64,000 nucleotides of DNA from Lingula anatina (taxonomy: Eukaryota > Animalia > Brachiopoda): contig CM120640.1 in assembly GCA_051362555.1 (NCBI GenBank), positions 15,500,001-15,564,000 on the forward strand, given 5' to 3'. The position numbers and the translations under genes were made by a program. Below, in pieces: positions 1-11,736 of the stretch; within the stretch, counting starts at the first letter, position 1, and each line of letters opens with the position of its first letter. The notes below the pieces were generated by a model that was not told the origin of the DNA, did no database searches, and was given only the letters and a program-made list of their open reading frames with translations.

Positions 1-62
1 ACGAATGTTCTTACTCCAGCTGGTGGTACAATACCAGGAGGCGGTATCGCCTCTCTGTTCTG
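1..62. repeat. Dispersed repeat fragment, inverted copy at about 61788-61850
   Basis: CTTACTCCAGCTGGTGGTACAATA..AGGCGGTATCGCCTCTCTG matches the reverse complement of 61790-61848. Confidence 0.6.
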
Positions 63-1595
63 TCAGTCTTGGTGTTTAAAGGTATACTGAGGTCAAACAA
101 CACTTTAAATTATCATTTATATGCCCAAATTTCATTATTGACCATTTTCTCAAAAAAAAAAAGAAAAAAAATTATTACATTTTATAAGCTTATACACAGA
201 TACAGGTGTGAATCTAGTTTAAGATATGCCCACAATGCACCATAGTCAAATAGTACTCTTAGTTTCCCTGGCTTTTTATCAGAAATGACTGGATGATGCA
301 GTAAGTTCTATCTGTCAATATCTCATCTTCAGGGATCTTCTCAGCATAACCCTTCTTCAAAAACTTTGCACTTGCCCATCCCCAGACTCGTTTTTGTCTG
401 TAAACTACCATTTGTCCACTTGATTTGTGAGATGGCTGACAAAATCTTCTGTTGACTTACTAGTAGAATAAAGGATGCTCCCTCATCCTGGACATTAGAA
501 TTAGCCATTGTAGTAGAATAGTGTTGGATCGTAAAAAATTCTGAAAGGTATTGTTGAATTCAGCTGACATGAGACTCCATGTATAACCACTATAGTTCTT
601 GGTTAATAAATCACAGAGAGTGGTTAAAATATACAATTGTGTTTAATTGTGTTCAGTGCATCAAACTTTGAATTAAGCTGGCTTCTGTCATAGCTGTAGC
701 CATCACTGCTGGTTTAAGGCTCACTTCTACCAAGGCTGCTGGGTGAAGCTCGGCCATTGTCTGAACCTGTGTTTGTATTATAAAGGGCCGGATTTCGGCC
801 CCGAGTCCATTCATGCATGCAGAAATCAAGCTATATTGATGTCCAGAGTAGTGTTCCTACCTAGTGTCCTCATTCTTGTGAGAAAATCCACTGCATTTTA
901 TGTGTCTCCGTCTTTCAGATGAAATAGTTTGTTTTTTTTTTGTAATTTCATCTGCTGTGTTCGTTTGAAGGGCTTAAACAAGTCAGTCTTTCCTTAACCT
1001 TTCTGGCAGAGTTTGAAACCACATTTATGCACTTTTCTTCAAAAGAAAAGGCAGATATTGTGTTTTGTCTAGTTGATTTGCTGCAAAGGCTTTGAACTTC
1101 ATCAGCAAGACTGACTAAAAACTACAATGCAACCACAGAGGTGAGGCGTGGTCTCTCTCACTCTCATTGATCACTTTTAAGTTATAAAGTATGTAATTAA
1201 AAATAATGCACGAGTTGTGTATATGTGGCAAGATAATTATAGGCTCATTGTTTGAGGATGCCAGCACATTGTTTGCTAATGACATCACCTGACACAATCT
1301 CTTAAATTTAACTTTTGTGGTAGAAAACTTGGTATAATTTACTGATTGCATCTTAAGATGTAGTCACAAAAGGTCTGTTATCTGAAATAATTAAATAATG
1401 ACTTAACTTCATATCTGTAATTCAACAACGTGGTTTTTTTTTTGTTGTTGTTTTATAAATCTAAAATCATCTCTATCATACATGGGTTTGCACTCCAATG
1501 ATTTCATGCCCCATACTGCAGTGGAATTGGATCGTGGGGATGTGGAAAACAGAGAACACTTTATTTGGTAATGGACACCTTATCTCCCTGTCTAA

Positions 1596-1813
1596 GACCC
1601 CATTCCAATAGATTTTAGATCGATCTATCCCTGTGGGAGTCTCACTAGATTACTGTCAGCTTAGCCGGCTTAAGCGTCTGTCCCGCCTTCTAAAAGCAGT
1701 AAGGGGGTAATTAACTATGGTGCGCGCTCGGCTGACTGCAATTTTGCGTGAACCCCCAGGGAGTTGGGTCGATCTAAATCTCTGGATTGATCTAAATCTC
1801 TGGGAATGCTCCC
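1596..1813. mobile_element. Non-autonomous Harbinger/Tourist-like MITE (GATCGATCTA-rich family)
   Basis: TAA on both sides (1593-1595, 1814-1816), imperfect TIRs, and a near-identical reverse-complement copy at 18719-18944. No transposase ORF. Confidence 0.7.
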
Positions 1814-3340
1814 TAAGTAAGAACCCATGTTCTATGGCAAATAGCAGCCCTCTTAGGTTTCTCAATATACCCAAGTTTACACACTGCCATGCACTCTTTA
1901 CCCTCCAATTATATATCATAGGCAGAAATGCTGATAAACAACTTTTTTTGATGACAAATATATCCAAATGGCATTATGTAATTGAAACCTTTAATTTTAT
2001 TCTCAAAATGGGAGAAGATATATGTACCTACCAGATTTATATATTATAGTGGTATTGAAGGTATTAAAATGGTAAACACAAACAAACATAATTTGATAAT
2101 TGGCATTATATATCAATCTTTGTAACTGATAACCATATATAACTTTGGTATTGGCAGCCATCTTAGATTTTCTCAAAATGGTTAAACATACATGCTTGTT
2201 ACATGCCAGATATGTATTATAAGGGTTATAAAGATGTGGAAACCACAGAAGAAAAACCTTTTTCTGGGATTTTGTACTTAACCTTAAAACCAAGGGTTGA
2301 CAACCTGACTATAAGGAGCTGGAGTGGATTTACACAAATGATGTCCCTAAAAACTGGCCAATCAAAATGTTCTCATTGAAGCCCCCCCCCCCTCCTTTCT
2401 CACTATAAAGTTAGTTTAAAAATTGTGATTCATTAATTTATAGTATGAATATTGTAAAAAAAAATCGGTCATCATTTTATTTTTTTTGATCTTAGTATAA
2501 CTTTTAAATTGTAAGTTGTCTGTACCTTTGTCTGGTTTAGATGACTTGTTAAATATTCAAACCGTGATTATCATTTGTGATAAATTATGCACACAAGTGC
2601 TGTTTTGCATAGGCAGTATAAACAAAGCTGTATATCAACTTGAAGAATTATGAACAAGAGTAATAATTTTTTTCAATGTATTACCTGTTATATGAACATT
2701 AGTCTCCTGGTAGTGACAAGAATTTAATACTATAATCAGTGTTTTACAAATATTATCATAACTGTGAAATTGTGAGTTTATTCAACAGAGAAACAAAAAC
2801 AATAGACATTTTACATGGTGCCTATTTGAATTACTAACTCTGGCACATTGCCAGTTTAGCAGCAAAAGTGAAAAACGCACACACACACACACACAACCTG
2901 TGGCCTTTTTGAAATTGTTTTTTTTTTTAGATTAAATAAAATTAAACATTTTTATTTCATTATTATTTCATTTTGTGAAAGGCTCCTCATACTAAAGCCT
3001 GACATATTTTGTCCTGGGACTTCTAAGTTTAACAAAAGAGTCGAATGTTTAACAATTAAAATCCTGTTCAGGCATTTATCTTCTGCATGCTGCCTATATT
3101 TTAATGAAGATAACAGTTCCGCATCAAAATAAGAATTTCATAACATAATGATCTAATCCCCTGAATCATGGCAACTTGCATTTTCAGTAGGCTCTGCTAC
3201 CAATTGAATGAAGTAAAATTTGGAGATGCTGTAATGCTCATGCTCGTCACCTCGAATTAAAATGCCTGCTGCCTGTCTGCTAGCAAAAAATTCCTAATTT
3301 CTTTTCCAGTGCATACACAGTAAACTAATAATTCCTACAG

Positions 3341-3580
3341 TTAATCTGCTTTCTGTCTTCCCCTGGCCTTGGCTATATTTGCTTTCCTTTTTGCACTCCT
3401 TTTCTTCTCTTTTTCTTTAGCTTCAATTTGCTTTGCTAACTGCCATGCAAGCATAGCACTGATGAAGAAAAATGGAGATAAGATAAGTAAAAAGTAGTAT
3501 ATAAAGGACCATGGATTCTTGGCTGCGTACAGCACAAAGTCTTCAAACATTTGATGGTAGTCCCAGTCATCCCAAAACAT
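3341..3580 (-). CDS. SMIM15: Small integral membrane protein 15 (79 aa, single coding exon)
   Basis: Sequence FEDFVLYAAKNPWSFIYYFLLILSPFFFISAMLAWQLAKQIEAKEKEKKRSAKRKANIAKAR matches the SMIM15 pattern of one TM segment plus a basic coiled tail. A likely 5'UTR intron has its acceptor near 3650 and its donor near 4240. Confidence 0.9.
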   Translation of the reverse strand: MFWDDWDYHQMFEDFVLYAAKNPWSFIYYFLLILSPFFFISAMLAWQLAKQIEAKEKEKKRSAKRKANIAKARGRQKAD

Positions 3581-4706
3581 TGTTGCTTATCCTTAAAGGG
3601 AATGGTTTTGCAGTGCTTTTCTTGGATATGTGTGGATGCCGCATGTGATCTAAAAATATAAAAGTATTACTGTTAAGTACTACTGCTGCTGTAGTATGTT
3701 GTAGCACTGTGCTAGTGGAACCCTTACCCCAATATCTATTCACCCCAATAACTAAAATGTACTAGTATCAGGAGTAAATTAATTCTAATATGTTTTAAAT
3801 TTTTATATGCGCAATCGAAGAAAACTAAGTCATAAGGGAGAAAATTTTAAGAACATACTAACGACGAAGACATCGTATAAATTTTGAGTCTACGCCTTTA
3901 ATTGAAATAAATATATTTGAATAAAAGAAAAGAGGAGCATATCCCAAACATGTGGGTAGTTTGTAGACTAGCATTTCTGAAACAGAATCATTTTAATACC
4001 TTATCCAAATGTATAACAATGAGAGAACAAGTAGATAAAAACAATGCATTAAATTAATGTACTAGTAATGGAACTCTTGGACTGGGAGTGACGTCCCCGA
4101 GTCGGAGGGGAGTAACACCTATACATTTATTTTCAATCAAGTCGTACATTGGCACGTATGTTATTATGTTACTCTTGTCCACAAAGTACACATCACAGCT
4201 TAAGTTTGTTTTGTTTTCCTTAGCTAAGGTTGAATCTTACCTCCGCCGGTTGTACTTCAGCTGACTTAGCTGTTTGCTGGTACGCTATCTCTAAACGAGT
4301 GTTGCAGTTCATTTATAGATGGCACAAAACAAGATAAGCTTCCCCCAAAAAATTTACACATTGGCGTAAATTATAAATGTTAACTTTATTGTCATTAGAC
4401 TGGGTCTTATGAAATTTTGATAATTCATAAAGGAGACACGAAGTTCGATTTACTTTTTAATGACAATAAGCAGTGTTATTTTTTCTTTTTAAAAAAGTCT
4501 CAAGACCGCTAATATCCACAAATAAGCCTCAATTTCGGGCACGTTTTAAAACATGAAATGACAATTGAAAACGAGACACCAGGAAAATACTATATTGCAA
4601 ATGATGTTGCAACAGGACGTACAATGATCATGCTAAATAGTCAGTATAGTCGGACTGTGTTGTATTATTGAACTAAGTGTGGTCAAGCTTTACATCAAGA
4701 ACAGTG

Positions 4707-6104
4707 ATGGCGACTAGTGTTCAAGAAAGATTTACTTTTTTCTGGAGAAAGCAGTCTCCGTTCAGCCAATGGCATTCTTCAGAATTTGAAGTCGATGGAG
4801 TTTCATTTAACTGTGCTGAGCAGTACATGATGTACAGGAAAGCAGGTATACTAGTTAGAACTCTTATGGAGACGATTGTCATTAAGTTATCTTTGCATGA
4901 AGGGTGTTTTGAAAAGAATAATGCAACGACCAGTGAATGAAAACAAATCGATTAAAAGGTAACTGTTGAATATACTCAGTAAATATAATTGAAAATCTTG
5001 TTGAAACGAAAATAGATGTAACTTATTTATGATCTGCATTAGTATCAGAGGTCAAATGCAAAGTCAAAGTATAAATACATACTATATATTAGTCTGTTAG
5101 TCTAATTCTTGGTTTTTCACTTGAGGGTAAAATTCTTGTAATTATATTGTCAGTTGCTGTTAAAGCAATATTCAAAGTCATGTTCCTGGCATTAAAGCAC
5201 ACTCCACATAAGTGCTTCTGTTTTTAATTAATGTTGTCATTGCGTTTCTTTCAGTTTTGTTTGGCGATGAAACTACTGCAAAGAAAATCCTTGATACAGT
5301 GGATCCTGCAAAACAAAAGGCTTTGGGGAGGAAAGTACACAACTTTAATGATAAAGTGTGGAAAGCAAACTGCTGGGATATTGTAAAGACAGGAAATTTA
5401 GCAAAGGTGAAAATGTTAAAAAAGTTTTGTCTTATTATTTATCCACGTATATGCCTCATGTCTTACTATCTTATCATTATACCCCAGTATGTTAAAAAAA
5501 GTGTTCATTTCCATTTTCATTGTGAGTTATGCTTTATCATATTACTTTGTTCACTTAGTCTGAAAAACAATACAAAGTAAAAGTCAGTGATTGTCTCATC
5601 GTATGATTTTAAAAACTAAATGTCAATAGCTTTAAGATAGATTTTGAAGTTGCAGCAGTGCTGTCATCTGACGTTTTTGCCTGATGCCCTATGTCCTTTT
5701 CCCTGAGTAGAGTAAAAACACCGATCACATCAGTCAATATTATGTTTGGTCAGGTCATATTCTTTTTTGTATGTTCATATTCAATGTTTAATATACAATT
5801 TAAGGTGTATTAATGTTGCTGTCATTTATGTCTGTATGGCATTTCTTTACAGTTCAGTAACCCCAAACTAAGAGAGGTACTTCTGGCAACTAGGGGGACA
5901 ATCTTAGTAGAAGCCAGTCCTGTGGATACAATATGGGGGATTGGTTTGGCAGCTGATTCTGAGAGAGCAAATAATAGATCAACATGGAGAGGCAAGAACT
6001 TGTTAGGGTACATATTGACAGAAGTCAGGGCAGAGCTACTAAAAGAAGACGGGCAAGAAGACGAGGTCTGGGACCAAATAAAAGACACAATCAAGAGACA
6101 TTAA
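4707..6104 (+). CDS. NADAR / YbiA (DUF1768) family N-glycosidase or ADP-ribosylhydrolase, about 180 aa; exons 4707-4845, 5255-5406, 5853-6104
   Basis: GT-AG introns with matching phases. Family motifs FSQWH..F.VDGV.FNCAEQYMMYRKA, QKALGRKV.NF....W, LVEASPVDTIWGIG and WRGKNLLGYILTEVR. Confidence 0.9.
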
Positions 6105-7009
6105 ATACCAGTGCCTCAAGAGTAACAGTACCATATGACATTCCATTCTGCTGTGATTAGAGCATTAGTATTGTGCAATAGTTGTAGAGGAGATCATTCT
6201 TACACCAACTCTGTTCAGGAGTGTTTTTATATATTTGTTTTTCGATAGTTTCTGTTTGTATGCATGGTAAAAGGTTAGGAGACCATCTTAGTTTCAGCAT
6301 AGGAAATTATTATAAAAGAAATATATAAATGTAAAAGAATGTTAACATCCAAAGAAAAAACCTACTGCTACTCTTTCTTAAAGCTTTACATTTTTATGCA
6401 GACCTTGTACATGTCAGTTATTAAAATATGCTGATCACTGTGTCTGTCCTTACTGATTCGTAAAAAGGCATTATCCTTTGAATTTCACATGGTCTTTTAA
6501 TTTTAACAAAGTATCTTTTTATAATTTATTTCATTAATTCTCTTTTGTAAATTTTGTTGCAATGTCCCCCCTCCTTTGGTGTCTGTATATGTGCATATGT
6601 AAATATGTATGTGTGTATATGTAAATTTTAAAATATGAAACTTACAGTAGCAGTACATTTTACAACTGTAATCTTTATACAAAGTTTATTTTTATTAATC
6701 TTCATGAGTAAAATGGAAATAATGTTATACAAACACTTCCCTCTGTATAGTACATCAGAAATTGTCTTATCCTAATAACAATTTATACATTCTCCTATGG
6801 TATATTCCACTTAAATCTCAATTATAAGCGAAAATCAAGCACTGTTTCAATAGACCTTAAAAATTAGAAGCTAGAATTATTTAACATATTTTTTTACAAT
6901 AATAAATCTAATTATCACAGCACTCTTTTAACTTGAAGTTCTTGTAAAAACTATTTCCTCTGAGGCTGGTGCATATATTTTAAGTCACAACTCACACATG
7001 TCGCCCAAG

Positions 7010-10000
7010 TTATAATTTAGATTTAGGCATTTGTCCCATCAGCTTCTCAAGCTTCATTGCTAAGGCCATATTGCCTGACAGTTTCAGTTTTCCTGTCATA
7101 AATGCTGCTGTGGGTTTCATGCTTCCTTCAAACATCTTCACAAAATCCCCGCTGTCCATGGTCATAGTGACATCTGCCGCCTCTGGTTCCCCTTGACCAA
7201 CTGCCCCTGCACCATTTTTCATGTCTAAGTACCAAGTTCCAGAATCTGCACCTGCAGATTGAAATTAATATTCAAACATAACACTTGTAGCTTTAAGTGT
7301 AGGGGGCAAATTTCTAGCAGAAAGCATAGATACAGCTTCAGCAGTCTTGTTTCAACCAAATAGTATTCTACAGCCCCCGTGTGTGATTTCAAATTTGGGT
7401 AATATTATTACAAGTGCCACTTTTCAAATGTTCTAGTATGTCATATTTTAGTCGTATCACTTCAATCTTTCTTATTTATGCTCCCCATTTAAGATCATTT
7501 TTGCATTTTATATAAGCGTAACATACAGACATGTTTCACATAAAAATGAATATCTTTATAATTTAAAATTAAGAAATATTGTTCCATTGTGCTAGTAGGC
7601 TAAAGACTCTCCCTTCATAGTTGTAAGGACCACTTACCTTGTAAGTTGAACTGAAACACTCCATTCACAGACTTCACCAATTCTTCATTCAACATTTTCT
7701 CAAGAGTTTGGAATAGTTTCTGTGGTCCCCCAGTTCCTGCAGCAGGTGCCTGCTGGGTGGCCTCTGCTGCTCCACCACTTTTCTGGCTCTTCTGCATCTG
7801 TACCATCAGTTTCTCAAGTTTCATTGCAAAACCAAGATTGCCAGATATTTTCACTTTCCCTGTCATAAATGCTGCTGTTGGCTTCAGGTTTCCTTCAAAC
7901 ATCTTCACAAAATCCCCGCTGTCCATGGTCATAGTGACATCTGCTGCCTCTGGCTCCCCTTGACCAACTGCACCTGTACCATTTTTCATGTCCAAGTACC
8001 AAGTTCCAGCATCTGCACCTAAACAAAATATCATGAACTGTTTAAAAACTGTGGAATAGAAAAGATCATTTTCTCTTACTTGTACTAGATTTTTCCTCTG
8101 TTTTTATGTATGAGTAATATATCACATTGACTCCTGTAAACCTCACCTAGGACCTGTATTTGATGCAAGTTCTGTGGGAGGCAAACCTTATTAAGTTTTA
8201 CCTTGTAAATTGAACTGGAACACTCCTCCCACTGACTTCACCATTTCTTCATCTAACATTTTCTCAATGGCTTGGAATATTTTCTGCGGTCCACTGGCAG
8301 ATGGTTTACCATCATCTAACTGATCCTGAAGCTGCTTGGGATCAACATCTAAGAAGAAGTCTGGCAGAAGTACATTACCTGTAAATGCAAGGTGACATGT
8401 AGGACCATGAAACAACACAATCTAGTGTCCAGGCAAAACATGGATTAGAGGTGGGGCAGTTGGTGAAGGCTGTACTTCAAATTTGCAACATGTGGTTAAT
8501 AGTTCTTGACAGTCTATTGTTTTATTGATAACATTGTTAGTTCTATTTTATATGTTTTCTATTAAATATATGTAGTGGAGAGCTACTGGTTTCTGGATTC
8601 TTTATTTTATACAAATTCGAAAAAATATCAATACTTCAAATACTTTTTGCAACACTGGGCAAGGGCTGATTTAGGCCGTCTTCTGGGTCTTCCAGAAGAC
8701 GGTCAGATTTTCAAGTTTACATTGACAGGTATCTAATGTTTTCTGTCGGAAGACGGTCAAAAATGTAGGATGGATCAACAAAGATAATTTGGAAGACTGT
8801 CAGAAAATATCTCTGGATCCGCCCCTGACTGGGTGTCTTCCATCACATCATTTCTCACATTTTAAAATTGAATTTGGTTGTTATAACAAAAGTCCCTAGC
8901 ACTACCCAAAGAATCATTACTTGCTGAACTATTATTCCAAAAGAATATATACTTAAAGTTCTTACTTTATTTGCACTTCTAAGATTTAGACCAAATGCAA
9001 GAAATGATAAAATAATATTGTCTATTTATCAATTACCTGGTACACAGTCATATTGTCCTAAATCTGTGACACCTGATTCTGTAAGGACTTCATCATCAAT
9101 GGCAAAGTGACCGCTGTAGCTCTTGCTATCTTTGGTAAGAATCTGATATGCAGCATCAGCCATGATTTCTGGTTTACGACATTGCTTGGCAACGTCATCT
9201 CCTCCCCCCAACATTTTCATAGCAGCTGTGTAGATGGCTATAAACAAAACAGACAGATATCCTACAAATATATATCTGCAATAACTGGTTATAAAAACAA
9301 ACTTAAATGCCACTGCTGCTAACTGTGGCCATTTATTGGAACACAGGCTTCAGATCCAGGCATATCCCTAAATCTGATAATGCATTGAACCCTGAAATCA
9401 ATACAATATATTGAACTCTGGGTTCAACATATTATTAATATTACAATGCATCAAAATTAACACTGCATTACCCTAATAAACTGATATATCAATTTCTAAA
9501 AGAGATTTTGTTGTATTTAAATCATTTTGACTGGGGAGACGGGAGAGCCAAAAAGATTTTTTTTTCTGAGACATGCTGTATCATTTGCCACTTGTATCTC
9601 ACCTGTTCTTGGCCACAAAGCATTTACAGCTATGCCATAACTCTTAAATTCTTCAGACATCCCCAGAACACACATTGACATCCCATACTTGGCCATTGTG
9701 TATGCTGCAAAAGATTTGTTTATATGTCATCGCTGAGTTCTGCAAAGATTTACATATAAATCAGTAAATCTACAAATCTAGACCGTCAATTATTAAAAAC
9801 TTAAAGCTGATGTGACTAGTATTATATCTGAGCAAACACGTCTTACCTACATGATCCTTGAACCATACTTGATTCATGTTCAATGGAGGACTAATGTTGA
9901 GAATATGTGGATTTTTGCCCTTCTTCAAATATGGCAAACAAACCTTTGAGCTGAAAATAACAAAAAAATATCTTAAAAGCAGATTTACAACAAAAAAAGT

Positions 10001-10698
10001 TTTTGAAAAGTGATTATGTGCTACAATAAAATACCATTATTATCAAAAATGCAATAAAAAGGTTCATTGAAATAACTTTACCAAAGATATGTCCCTCTTG
10101 TGTTGATTCCCATCATCAAATCATATGTTTTCATAGGTGTGACATCTGTTCCTGTCAGGCTAATGGCACTAGCATTATTGATGAGAATATCAATTCCACC
10201 AAACTGCTTTGCTGCCTCACCAACAGCCTTTTCTATCTGATCTTCAAAGCGGACATCAACCACACAGGGAAGGCATTTTCCACCAGCTTCTTCAACTAAA
10301 AGAATATACATTTATTACAAACACATTTAGGCTATATAAAATATCAGCAAAAACTTTTTGTCCTGCAATGCTTATAAACCATATGAGGCCTTAAGGAGTT
10401 CAACAACTTTTTTTACTGAAACTACATCTGTTTTATATGTATGACCTCCAAAGAACAACTTGAATAATTTTCTTGTTTGCATAAATAAAGCAAACTGTAA
10501 ACAAAGCCTTGCAGGTTTTAATAAGCATAAATCACCTTCTTTAGCAGCAGTAAATATAGTCCCAGGCAGTTTTGGGTGTGGATCTGCTGTCTTGGCAGCT
10601 ATGACTACATTAGCCCCATCCCTGGCAACTCTGAGAGCTATGGCCTTTCCAATGCCACGGCTGGCACCAGTGATAAACACAGTTCGCCCAGCAAGCAT
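7010..10698 (-). CDS. HSDL2: Hydroxysteroid dehydrogenase-like 2 (SDR domain plus two SCP2 domains, PTS1 -SKL); exons 10698-10536, 10295-10082, 9950-9847, 9704-9603, 9237-9037, 8378-8202, 8018-7638, 7251-7010
   Basis: TGASRGIG Rossmann motif, HPKLPGTI, NNASAI, catalytic AYTMAKY (YxxxK), PDFFLD linker, and two WYLDMKNG...PTAAFMTGK SCP2 repeats ending PKSKL*. A short upstream first coding exon may exist but was not located. Confidence 0.92.
8659..8827. mobile_element. Short MITE-like element in an HSDL2 intron
   Basis: Diverged termini CAAGGGCTGATTTAG / CTGGATCCGCCCCTG flanked by ACTGGG on both sides. A related inverted fragment lies at about 48610-48657. Confidence 0.45.
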
Positions 10699-11736
10699 CC
10701 TAAATTAATAATAATAATAACTGTTAACAGTACATGGATGGTGTCGAAGGGTTGTAATTCTAATCTCTGCACTTCCTCGTTCCGTAAAGAGTAGCTCACC
10801 CTCAGGGACCTGGTTCCTTGGAAATCTATGACAATGCCCAGGCCCAATGCATAATTATTGCAAAATAATCTACACAACAACAGCATAAAAAGGAAAAGAT
10901 GAAAAAATACTAATGGCAAAAGAGAAGATTCCCCCACCCACAACAGCCAAATCCCAACGGGCACATAATTATGACTGGTCCATCCATATTCCTGACGAAC
11001 TTTTAACTTTCTCAGTTGCTTAGGAGATAGCGGAATTACAATATGAAAAAAATCAGAATCATCAGCCATCCAGGGACAGCCCAACCCTGAAGTGCCCCTG
11101 TACATCTGTGATGAAAAGGCTGTTAATACTCAAAGCTTGAACTTATTCACTCTAATGGCCTTGGAGGAGTAAGGTAAATTAGATTAGAAAAGGAAAGCAA
11201 CCCCACGCGAACCGTGGTTAGTTAACTCACTTTGTCTTTTTGACAGGCAGCTGAGTTTGCCGACCAAGTCCACGCTCCATTACTATGCATTAGCCCTGAG
11301 CGATTCGTATATAATAAGATGTATCCAATTCATGGACCCTCTTATCACTTTGAACCATTCGATCAAGACAAATCACCTGATCGAGTTTACTTACCCTAAC
11401 GGTCGGAGAGATCTCTACACCGTGCTGTTAGTTCTAGTATGCAGTGGTCAGAGTTCAGCAAATTTGGACTTTAACCCCACCGGCTGCTAGTGTAGGCACG
11501 CAGTAAATATTTTTGCTGTTATTCAACATCATTTGTAAAACCTTAATGTGTCTTTTACCTATTATTATTGTTGTCCTTAATTTTTAAAAAAAAATTTTGT
11601 ACAGAAAAATCTCATTTACTTTTATACAAAATATCATTCTTGTAACTTTGTGCCATATCAGACTCAAAAGAGTACGAGACCATTTAGTATGTAAACAGAC
11701 AGATGTTTTCCCTACCTAATCAGTATTTGCCAAAAG

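Noticed and set aside
280-1380. Possible decayed LINE ORF1 or other coding relic on the minus strand
   Set aside because: Composition looks coding-like, but frames are broken and no motif could be identified with confidence.
1656-2293. ORFs of 96-110 aa
   Set aside because: They overlap a MITE and AT-rich DNA, with no recognisable motifs or splice support.
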